Shown in pieces: positions 1 to 12,000 of a stretch of DNA of 64,000 bases (its first letter is position 1; every line of letters starts with the position of its first letter). The stretch covers positions 2,790,001 to 2,854,000 of the forward strand of contig OZ037766.1 in assembly GCA_964035545.1 (NCBI GenBank), written 5' to 3'. Below the pieces are notes generated by a model, which saw only the letters and a program-made list of their open reading frames with translations, made no database searches and had not been told where the DNA came from. Origin of the DNA: Bugula neritina. Its lineage: Eukaryota; Animalia; Bryozoa. A program made the translations under genes and the position numbers.

Positions 1-24
1 AACAGAAATTAGAGACTAAAACAC

Positions 25-3000
25 CATTGCATATCCCAACATCTCCTGTCAGGTTGTTTTATTTCCTGTGCTAAAACACACAAGTCTTGAAATATTTAAA
101 AAAAAGGTGAGAAAGCTCTTTAGGATGTGGATGTGACAGATAGGATAACACATAGATAGGATTTATAATACATAGATAGGATAACACATAGATAGGATTT
201 ATAATACATAGTTAGGATAATACACAGATGGATACTACATAGATAGATATAAAAGTAAACAGAAATAAAAGGGATGACACAGATAAGAACTTACCATTTT
301 GCTGTCTGAGTCATTCTCGTGCAACATGAGCTGCAGAAGGAATATCGTCAAATAGAGAGAGGGTTCGGTAACTGTGTGCGTTTTCTTGTTCAGCTTCTAC
401 AATGTAAACAGTTAATAATAAACACATTAAGCATATAGAACTAATATAAAGATATATAATGAATATAAACATATCTAATGAATATGAATATATTTAACTA
501 GTATTTGCATATAAATCTATTTTTAGTACATCTGACCAAATAATTGTATCAGATGAAGCAAACAAATGTCATACTAATTATTTATTTTTTAGTCTTTAAA
601 AGAAATTTGGGGGTGGGGGGGAGTTAAAATATTTGTGACGGCAGTAGCAGCACAAAGTCATAATCTGGACTAGACTGCAGTTCTGTAGCTATTGTCAGTT
701 GAAGAGTATCGGTTGGTGCAGGGAACCCCCTACCTTATGCAGGATGTTAAAGGGTGGTGCGGGGAACCCCCTACCTTATGCAGGATGTTGAAGGGTGGTG
801 CGGGAACCCCCTACCTTATGCAGGATGTTGAAGCAAAGGTCGAGCAGAGTCTTAGAACGAAGGAGGTTGTAGACGCCGCTGTAAGCTTTCAACGGCTCAG
901 ACGGGATTCTGAATGGAGGCCACGGCGTTTGTCCTTGCGGGAATGACTTGACGTTTTGAACACTGAAATGAAAAGATAGGGATTAGTTACTAGAGAGAAG
1001 ATAACTCCTGCCCCATGCAATAGCATGTTATATCAGCGAGTTATATCAGCTAAATATAGGCATGTTATAGTAGAAAGAATAACAAAGCAGACGCGACTCA
1101 CAACTCAGTGTATCTGTCCATCGACTGCTGGAATTCCCGACGGTGAACTGTCCTAAGCATAGCGTGCAGCGGGTCATAGTCATTCAGCCATACCTCGGGC
1201 TTTGGGCAATACGTCCCTTGCTGCAACTTTCCATTGACATTGAAACCTGGGGCTTTAAAATCAGCCACCTACAATGCAAGAATAAAAGAAACCCTAAAAA
1301 CACAGCATAAACTTGTTGTAGTCATACCAATGAAAGTAAAAGGGCAGTTGTGGTTACATTACATTATCATAAGCACCAGCTTCAATCAGACACTATATTA
1401 ACTAAGTATGTGAAACTCAACATATGGCTCTATGTTCCTCACTAAGTAGCTATCACAGACTACTCATCATGTTGATTGAGGAAAAACTAAGGAATATGCT
1501 GGCGCTGATTTTGCTATTAGCTATGTCTGTAGCAGGTATGTCACTAGTTCATAGCGGAAAGAGAGGAGGAGAGAGAGGGGGAGAGAGGGTGGGAGAGAGT
1601 GTGGGAGAGAGTGTGGGAGAGAGTGTGGGAGAGAGTGAGGGGGAGAGAGGGTGGGAGAGAGTGAGAGGGAGAGAAGGTGGGAGAGAGTGAGGGGGAGAGA
1701 AGGTGGGAGAGAGTGAGAGGGAGAGAGGGTGAGAGAGAGTGAGGGGGAGAGAAGGTGGGAGAGAGTGAGGGGGAGAGAGGGTGGGAGAGAGTGAGGGGAA
1801 GAGAGGGTGGGAGAGAGTGAGGGGGAGAGAGGGTGGGAGAGAGAGGGGGAGAGAAGGTGGGAGAGAGTGAGGGGGAGAGAGAGGGGGAAAGGGAGGGAGA
1901 GAAACTTATGACTGAAAAAACAATAACACAATCTAGAAAGTTTTCAATGCTTAGTTTAAAATATTTAAATGCATTCTGTAACTTGCCCAAATAAATCGTT
2001 CAGATACATATATTTTTATCCTAAGTATATCTCAACGTATCAACTAGATATAACATGCTGCGTGGCCAATGACCCTTAGGAATGGTATTAATATTTTCAA
2101 AATAACAGTAAAACTGCACGCCACCAGCTTTTGAATGCTAAAAAGTCAAACTTTGATTTTTTCAAGGACTGGAAGACATGGCAAGGAGAAGCAACTCCTG
2201 CCCACCAGGTTGGATAGCCGGTCCGTTTACAAACTGCTACAAGTTTGTCATATCACAGAAGGTAACCTGGAGAGCCGCGCAAGGCCTGTGCCGAGACATG
2301 GGAGGCACCCTGGCTACACTAGATAGTAAGAATGAGATAATCTGGATGAGGGGCTACAGAAGCTACCACCCTAGTTTGTGGGGAGCGGCGTGGTTCGGAG
2401 GCTATCTGAAAGATGGGGTATGGTTGTGGCATGGTAGAATAGCAGACAGTGCGATAACCAACACAGACTGGAGCCCTGGTGAGCCCAACAACCAAAACGG
2501 GCTGGAAGGATGCGTAGAGGTTTATGGAGGAGATGTCACACTCAGTGCCCAATTTCGGTGGAATGATCAGAATTGCAATGGATTGCTGGGATACATCTGT
2601 GAAAAGGAAATCAGTTTCTAAATTCCTACTGGACTCACTACAATTGATTGGATGTTGAAATTCATTGAATTACTTCATAATTATTAAAATATAGCTGAGT
2701 GCTTTTACTATACTCTTTTCAACTATTAAAAATTTGTATGCAAATCTACAGTTTAGCTTTTCAGTTTTGTTTGTGTTTATACGAGTATAATTAAATAAAA
2801 AAAGGTCAACTTAACTTAGTTTCATTACTCACACAGCTGCTAGGAATATTTTAGTGAAAGTTTTAATAGATAGGATGAGCTGATAATTCCCAAACATGTA
2901 AAAAACTATTTAATTGAATCACCATAAACAAGTTAAGGGAAGCGAGTGGAAGGCAAATACTTAGCTACTCAAAATGCCTGTGTGAAAAAACAAGAGTTGC

Positions 3001-6000
3001 GAAGTTATAAGATAAGATAAAAGCAGCCATCTATACACTGTTGTGTTCCTGTTATGTGAGCTATACTCGCTGGTCAACTTTGGAAATATCAGGTTGGGTG
3101 GACGAATGCAAATTCCCTGATGGCAAGTTTGACAGCAAAGCTAGCACTGTTTGTCTCAATGGCAGCATTGGCAGCAGGTAAGTATTTGGTACATACAATT
3201 TTCATACCAAAATATTTTTGTGCCTCAAATAAGTAGCTAAAACCTTAAACATAAAACAAACCAAACCACAAAACAAAAGAATTTTATAATTAATTATATT
3301 AGTTAATGATGGTAGGTAGAACACTTTGATGCAAATAGCAAACAATTGTTTGAAGCTATGGCAACTTTCTCTCGCAAAGCCTCAAAAATTTAACAACAGT
3401 CATGCTGATACACCATCTTCTAACATAAATTCATTCATCAGCCTTTCAAGTTGTTTCAAACTCAAACTAATCAATTAATTCATAGAGGTCATTACAACAC
3501 CCAGAACCAAACTTGCAATATGGCAGTTTTTTATAAAAACCTGAAATTTAAAACATAACATTAAAAAACCATGAGAGTGCTCATAAGTTAAAGTATAAGC
3601 ATGCTTAGTGCTACATAGCTGCTTTATGACAATGCTCATTCCTTAACAAAAATATTGGAGTTGTGCTACACTGTTTAGGTGCTACTAGAACTTGTGCCAA
3701 TGGATGGATAGAAGGCCCGAGCTCATGTTACAGGTTTGTGATGGATCGAAAAGTGCCGTGGAAAACAGCCCAAGGACTGTGCAGAGACATGGGTGGAGTT
3801 CTGACGACACTAGACAGCCACATAGAGATAATGTGGCTACGGGGGTACAGAGGATACCACCCGAACCTTAGGAAAGCAGTGTGGATCGGAGGGTACAGGA
3901 AAAGTAAAAATTTACACGAGTGGCTTTGGAAAGGAAGGATAGCTGACAAAGCAATCACCCTAACCGACTGGGCACCAAAGGAACCAAACAATGATGATGG
4001 GGATGAGAGATGTATTGTGTTATATGGTTACAACAGTAAGATAGACATAGAGGAAGCGTATCGATGGAATGATAAAGAATGTGATTCTAAGTTTCCTTTC
4101 ATTTGTGAAAGAGATTATAAATTTTAAGATGTAATAAATATTCACCATGCTTCTTATATCCTTACAGGTAATTTATTTAACATGAAACATGAGCCTAGAA
4201 TAACACCTTTAAAAGCCTTGTGATGATTTGAAGCAGAAAAGATTTGAGACTAATGATAAATCTTTAAGATAGGGCATTTCTAAAAAACTATTTTACAAAT
4301 AATACCATCCAATATTTACCATTAGGTATTAGAGTAGACAAAATCCTGTTGAAACTTAAAAATAGTGACATAATTGTTTTCAGTGCGAGCTTAGAATGGT
4401 CCAAAATATAATTAATTAGTTGCAAATGCACTTAGTTTTGGTCAATTACACTCAGGTCTAGCTTAACAACTTTTGTTCTTATGAAATCCATGATTATAAA
4501 TTACACAACTGCATTAGTATTCAAAGGAAAGTCAGCCTGCCTTGATTATGACACATTTAGCCCTTATATTCTCAATACAGATGTTAATATTGTGTCAAAC
4601 CATTATAACTTAAGCCTTAAACTATAAAACATTCACAACAAATAGTGTTACTTGATTTACCATTATTCAATCTTCGGGACTAAATTGTTCATGTGAATAG
4701 CCAGGTGCGGTGGGTTAATTTAAACAGGAAAGAATACCATAACACTTTGCAGCTTCTGCATTGGGAAGTTACAAGAGATCTAAAATGCTACTGATAATAA
4801 TACTATTGGCTTCAACAGCACTTTCAACCTGTAAGTTATAAATTAGAATCAAATTTGAATAAGCATACTTAAATATTACAGTTAAACACATAGCATGCTT
4901 GTTTATTAGCATATGTTAGTTTGTTAAACTCTGTTAGCATGGTGAGCATTTGAAACACAATGAATGTGTTTAGTTAACAGAATATTAATAACGTAAATCA
5001 ACTTTCAATATTTTGAAGTCAGCTATAACTTGTGTATTTTTTAAAGCAGTAAATTGAGATTAGAATTACGTAACTTGTTGGTAAAATGTAGGAAGCATCG
5101 ATGTGTGACCTTTATAGCTTAAATAACTTTTTCGGGTTTTTCTTAATTATACTTTTCTGCAGTTTGATGCAATACAAACCTGCAATCTTATCTTCAGGCT
5201 CCGACACGGAAAAGAGAAGCGACTCCTGTCCAAATGGTTGGGTTAAAAGTCCCTTAAATAACTGCTACAGATTTGTAAGCTCACCAAAAGCATCATGGAA
5301 AACAGCCCAAGGTTTCTGCTTGGATGAAGGAGGAACATTAGCGACGATGGACAACGCAGACGAAACCTACTGGCTGAAGGGCTATCGATTATTTCACGCT
5401 AACCTCCATTTTTCCGCGTGGATCGGTGGTTACAAAAAGAATGGCCAGTGGCTCTGGCATGGAAGAATCACGGATAGCGCGGTTGTGGCGACAGATTGGG
5501 CGCCAAGCGAGCCGAATAATGTAAATGGTAATGAAGACTGTATAGAGGCCTATGGAAGTGGACACGTGTGGAACGACCTAGCTTGTCACGAGCCTAGAGG
5601 CTTTATATGTGAAAAAGATTTAGATTTTTAGATGCGTATTGCCCAGTGAAAAATTTCACACAATAAACCTTCAAACAGAATAAAAAAATCATTTGTAGAA
5701 ATTTAACTTTGGTAATAAATAAACACATGAACATCAAAATAAAAATTGTGATAAAATTTAAACTTGCCAGTACGTTGACAGTTATAGCAACTAATTAATA
5801 ATTAGATCATGAGAAAGGACATTAACTAGAAAATATATAGACCAAAGTAAATCAAAGAGTTATATCTTTTAACCCAGTAGAAAGAGTTAGGGTCTCTGGT
5901 TTTACGCAACATTTCAACAGATTTCAACTGTAAAGTAGATTGAAGAAATAACTGATGTATGTAAAGTCAGCACTCACTGTTCCTATCCACTACACTTATT

Positions 6001-9000
6001 AAAATTGAGAAATTGAAATTTCAACAAATCCACAAGAATAAATTTCCCGTAGCATTCCCTGTACTTTGTTATATCTGGATTTATAAGTATTATAAGTATG
6101 TGTAGTTGTCATTTCTTGTTGTTGCATGTGTGTGGGGTGCACAACTCTAAGTTTGACATTAATATTACTTATAGCGTGGGTGTGGCTTGTGTGAGCGTTG
6201 TAGCTATATAAACTAGTGCAAATGGGAGTATTGGGGGACTTGAGACTGATTGAGGAATGATTGAGAATATTTATATAGAATGTATGCGACCCAATTAGAA
6301 TGTGTTAGAGTACGTTAGTGAGTGCTAGCCCAGGATCATAGACTGAGGAGCACCACCAGCCAACTACTATAATCCGGAGTCTCAACTTCACCCCTACCAG
6401 ACAGACAGGAGTTGGAGTTATCTCGCAGCCAAGCTATTAACCCGTAACTACATACTGACCCCAAGCTCACCCCAAGGCTACCATATATATATTATTAGGT
6501 GAGTTTACGTTACTCAAAATCAGTAAAACCCACCATAACAACTTCACCAAAACCATTCAACAACCATTTTGTGTTAACAGAATATACAGCTTGATGACTC
6601 TTGTACAAATAGAATTAAAACAGATGGTGCACCTTTTGCAAATACTGTTTGATATCAGTGGGGCCGCCATAGGATCCAGACTTCTCCGGTACAGAGTCAC
6701 AGAGCTGACTGTAAGTTCTGTCCGCCATGCACAAGAGAGTGATGATCTCGTTGTAGAGGATGGACTCAGTTGATTGGCCACTGTAGGTCCGTATGCAGAG
6801 TATCATGGCTAGCATAGACAGACAACCTGGTGAACAAACAGAGCAGACGGTGAGCTCACTTCAAAATAGATGAGCTCTCTAAGAGTGGTTGAAGAGATCG
6901 TGTAAACTTTTTAACGAATCTTCTGCGTCAGAAACACTTTATAGTATGAGTTTCTAGAATTTAGTTGAACAAGATATAATAATATAATATAAGCAACCCA
7001 CACACACCAAAATTACTAAAAAAAATTAGGATAAAACAACGGAAATCAAGCAAAATTACAAAAAAAACCTTGTTAATATTTTATCAATTTAATGCAAGAA
7101 ACTATATACATTAGTTGCTAAACTGTAAAAAAATAGCTAAAACTAGAGATATATAGTGTGTACTAAAGTAGATAAAATGACTCATATAATATGCTATGAA
7201 AAGATAGCTTTCTTTACATATAGCCTTTAAATTAAATAAGTTGATACAATAAAATCTTACCCTCAAGCATGGCATCATCTTGTGACAGTTCAATATTATC
7301 CCGAGCTATTGGTGTGTCTACAAGAGTATTCCAATGCTCCAGGTGAAAGAGTTTGAGAGTTGTCTGCACAAAGTGGTCGGCACTCAAGTAGCTGGCACAC
7401 ACCTACAATATATGAGGTACCACCTTCACTATGAGTTGACCTGAAAGTAGTGCACATAACCAGCTTTTAGTTTATGTCAAGGCTACATCACATACCAAAT
7501 GATATAATGCAGCCCCAGGCTGAAACCTATACACTAGGAAGTGTTCAGAATATATTAATTTTTTAGGATTCAACTCTAAAGCATATAGTTTCAAGGATTC
7601 AAATGGTGCAGCAAAAATGTCAGCATTGAGGGCAGCAGTTAAACTCATCAGTGGCATAATTTAGCATTTCTAGGAAAAAAAAGAAACACTTTATACTGTG
7701 TATTTCATGAAAAGTGGTTAACTTGAGAATTAATGTTTGCTATTTACAAACTATATTAAAACTTATGGCGTAGTTCTGGTAGTCAGTAAAAGCTTACCTG
7801 AAGTAGGAAGAAATCAAGATCTACAAGTGAGTTACAGAAGTGACACTGAGTGTACGTCATGGCCTGTCCCCTTATCTGCAGCCCGTTGCGTACCCACATC
7901 TGGGCAAAGATCTCGTAGAATGCTACCTAGCAACATAATAACATATACCTCGTAGAATGCTACCTAGCAACATAATAACATACCCCTCTTAGAATGGTAT
8001 AACTTAGCAACATAATAACATACCCCTCTTAGAATGATATCACCTAGCAACATGACAACAGATGCCTAGCAACATGTCAACAAACACCTAGCAACATGTC
8101 AACAAACACCTAGCAACATGACAACAAACACCTAGCAACATGACAACAAACACCTAGCAACATGACATACAGAGAGCTCACCTGTATCTGGAGAGGATGA
8201 AGCATCACATTTTTTAAAAACTCTTGAGACAGTTCTGTCTCTGGATTGAAGCCGTCTTGCAAGACAGCACTGCACAGGAAGGCAGCGAAATACCTGCCCA
8301 ATAGAGACAGCGTGTTAGTCTATTTACATGATAAGATAACTGACAAAGTTAGCTGAAGTGTTAACAAGTAGTGCATAAAGTAGAAAAATATTACTGTATA
8401 CCTAGTATATCGACCAACTGACAAGTTTCAATATATTTCACAGTTGAGAATTAGATGAATCAATTTATTTTAGAAAGTAATACAACTAAAATGTAAAAAA
8501 AATACGTTACGAAAAGTATAAATAAAATGTTACCTATGAAGTGGTAGATGGAATGATACTTGGTATTCGTTGACTTTAATTCCAGCTGAAGAATATGTGC
8601 CAACAGATGAGAACCATACGTTGAGTGCCTCCATACACTTGTGTATAATAGTTCCCTGTGAATAGCAAGTCACATGACAGTTTATTAGCAAGTATTTCCC
8701 TTGCATACAGTCAGCTATTCTACCTCACTGTGTCCCGATTCCTGATTAGCTATCTAGTTAGTAAACCAAGCTGGAACTTTAGGTTTGAATGGAAAGTGCT
8801 TACACACTGCAAATGCTATATTTACAACAGTGCTTCCAGTTAACTCGAAACAGTGTTTTGTCTGTTTCAAATATAAATTATTTACCTTTCACCACCATTT
8901 CCTGATCGGGTGGCAGGGAGGGAGGGGGTGAAAACTATATGTTAATTAAAAATGATGAATTGTTGCATATAAAAGGAACAAACAATGTAAAAGCATCAAA

Positions 9001-12000
9001 AATTCTTCTAATTTAATATAACATATGCACTAAATTATTGCACGGGTTAATTTCTAACTGCTAAAGCTATAGCTGATTTTACTACAACTAACATAATGCT
9101 TACATGCTTACAGAGCATTTACTACTACTAGTTATCATATTATACAGTAGTGTGAGGAGTTGTCATAACATCATGCACTTAGTGCTGTAATATCACTAGT
9201 ATCTTTCACTCCATGACCTCCCAGAAAATGTAGTGTCTGTATTGCTCCAATAATACAGAGCAATTACTTAGATAAATTGAGTTTGTTTCCATACTTGATA
9301 TTTTAGAATAGCCCACACTATACACATTGCAGAGTATTACCTTGGTCTTAAGACTAACTAACTAACACAGGAGAGTAAACAGAGTGAAGAGAGAATAACA
9401 CACACAGCACAATAAAACAGAGTGGAGAGAGAATACCTACTGAGTGTCTATTGGTTTACACACACAGCCCAGTAAACAGAGTGGAGAGAATACTCACCAG
9501 GTGTCTATTGGTTACCACACAGCCCAGTAAACAGAGTGGAGAGAATACCCACCAGGTGTCTGTTGGTTACCACACAGCAGAGTAAACAGAGTGGAGAGAA
9601 TACTCACCAGGTGTCTGTTGGTAGAAGAGTCAGTGCAGTGAACAAGGAGTCTCCACAGAGGGGAGCAGCTGATTTCAAACTCAGCTGAGAAGGAGGCGTA
9701 GTACGTATCCGTCTCGTACTCTACATGTTGCACCAACTCTCTCTCGTTCAAATTCATACCTGGAAAGCGATGATCTCTTACAGTAATACAGTGATATGTA
9801 GTCTACTCACTCCATATCACTATGTGAGACATCATGTCTAATAGTTCGTACAGAAAGCATACTGTAAGGGGTTCATAACACATCTATACTAGCTGGAATT
9901 TAAAATTAACATCTTTTTAACCAAATTGAATCTATAAAAACTTTATTATTTTTACACTTGTTATATTTCAATACTGTGAAATACCTACCGGCACTTTGTT
10001 ATAGGACTAAAAAGTCTGACATTGTTTGAATAAACTTAGCATAGACATGTGCAACAGAAAAATAAACTCGATGTTACAGAAAAGCAAAAGGCACCATATA
10101 AAAGTATGGCAAATTATGCTACCTTTCTAGATATTGTAAACTAAGACTTTATCACACCACACTACATTATAGAATATATCATCACATAATGCTGCGTTGT
10201 AGAAAATGTTACTACAGAATATTAGCCACTGCCAAAGTTCTAAACAAAACACATTTTCAACTACAGAGCAATCCAACACCCACAGCCAAAACATAAAGTC
10301 ATTAAGCCATGATGAACAAAAATTCACGCTAACAATAAAGAGACAGTCTAAAAAATAGTCCAGAATCTCTGAAATAAACCTAAAAATAGTTCATAATCGC
10401 TTACATTGTAAGAAGCTGATCATTTCAAACCAGACGTCTAGTAGAATGGGACTGTCCATGAACATGAGGGCCACCTGTTTATGTGACATGATGTTAACTA
10501 GGTCACTGATGAGTGGCCAGAAACAATGGTCCTTGATGATGTCACTGGAACAGTCTAGAATCATGTGCGAGTTTTTCACAGCTGAAAGAGAAGACAACTC
10601 AAAACTAGTAACATTTATTCAGTTAGGTTACACACAGCAGTCAGTAACAGAGATAGATCTAGATCTATGGAAATACACTCTACAGTTTCAATTGCAACCA
10701 CAACATCCTAAAACTAGTATTGGCTCTTTTGTACCTTTCAATGAGCTGTATATTGTCGACTTGTAAATGGAAACTACCTAATGGAATGTGAACACTTTAA
10801 ATTGCACATCACCTTAAAGGAAATTATGTGTAACAAGGGTTTCTCTATTCAAAGATGAATACAACACACTGCTGCACACCCTCTATTCTGCAGCACACAT
10901 CTTTAAACATACTGTAGGCAGACACAAGCTATACTGTATACTGTGTACTGTACTCGATGTACACTTGAACAAACCTGCCATAGAGCTGGGGATGAGGTGC
11001 TGGGTCAGCATGTTGTACAACGAAATGATCATGCGAGTTAGCAACTGGTGTTCAGAAGTCATCCGTATGGCGTAGCCTTCGTTGCTGAACAGTTGCACAC
11101 TAACATGAACCACCTGCAAGTCGGCAAGAACTGATGATGTAGTAGACAAGTAGTGATGATGTAGTAGACAAGTAGTGATGATGTAGTAGACAAGTAGTGA
11201 TGATGTAGTAAGCAAGTATTGATGATGTAGTAAGCAAGTAGTGATGATGTAGTAAGCGAGAAGTTAACAGGTTGTGTTTGGTACATTACAAAATGATGGT
11301 TTTAAATGGTTTGAAAACATTTGCAGCTCTAAATAAGATTCAGTGGCAACTTTCAAGCTTTAAAAACATTGATACAAGTTACCTGACATGTACCCATTAT
11401 ACATAATTATGATAAAATGACATTATAACAACCCACAATATTAGATATACCTACAAATATATAAACATTATAACATTATATAGACCTACTTTGTTTGACA
11501 CACGCTGCCGCTGCTCGTTCCCTTTACAGTGGACCAATGAGGTGGAGATTCTAGAGTAATGCTCCACAAACATCTTGGTGAACTTATCCTGTCCAAAATA
11601 TGAAACTGAATTAGCAGAAGACTCTCCCCTGCTTATAGACGTACGTCGGCAGACGTGAGCTCATAGACGTGCACATAGAGAGAGAATAGTTATACATAAG
11701 TTTTTAGGGAACATGTAAGATAACATACATCTGTAGCAGCTATAAACCGAGAATACATTTGGAACGCCTATACAAAGCTAGAGAACCACAGAACCTATTA
11801 TTAGCAATGCTCACTGACCTTGAATGAGTCATCAGGCAGCAATGCCAGCAGCCATGTTGTAATCTTCTCCGGGAAGTGATACTTGACGGTCCAGAAGAGA
11901 ATCTCTCCGAGAGCGCACTGATGGTCCAGCTCGGGGAGGTCACCGTCTCCACTCAGAGCTTTCTGGACACACTGGTAGTTGCACCTTTGGTGAGGCAACT

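Noticed and set aside
1424-1990. Low-complexity ORFs here and at 24807-25213, 27789-28116, 47903-48300, 50630-50848, 52735-52999
   Set aside because: Translations of micro- or minisatellites (poly-YI, CV, HT, SLP repeats).
6101-6452. Possible solo LTR (TGTAGTT..AACTACA, internal TATA-like motif) in the UBR3 intron
   Set aside because: No target-site duplication and no second copy in the window; it may be a repeat but cannot be supported.
10500-10535. Hammerhead-like CTGATGA..GAAA..GTC string
   Set aside because: Stems II and III cannot pair properly, and it is simply the antisense of the conserved UBR3 coding motif HCFWPLISD.
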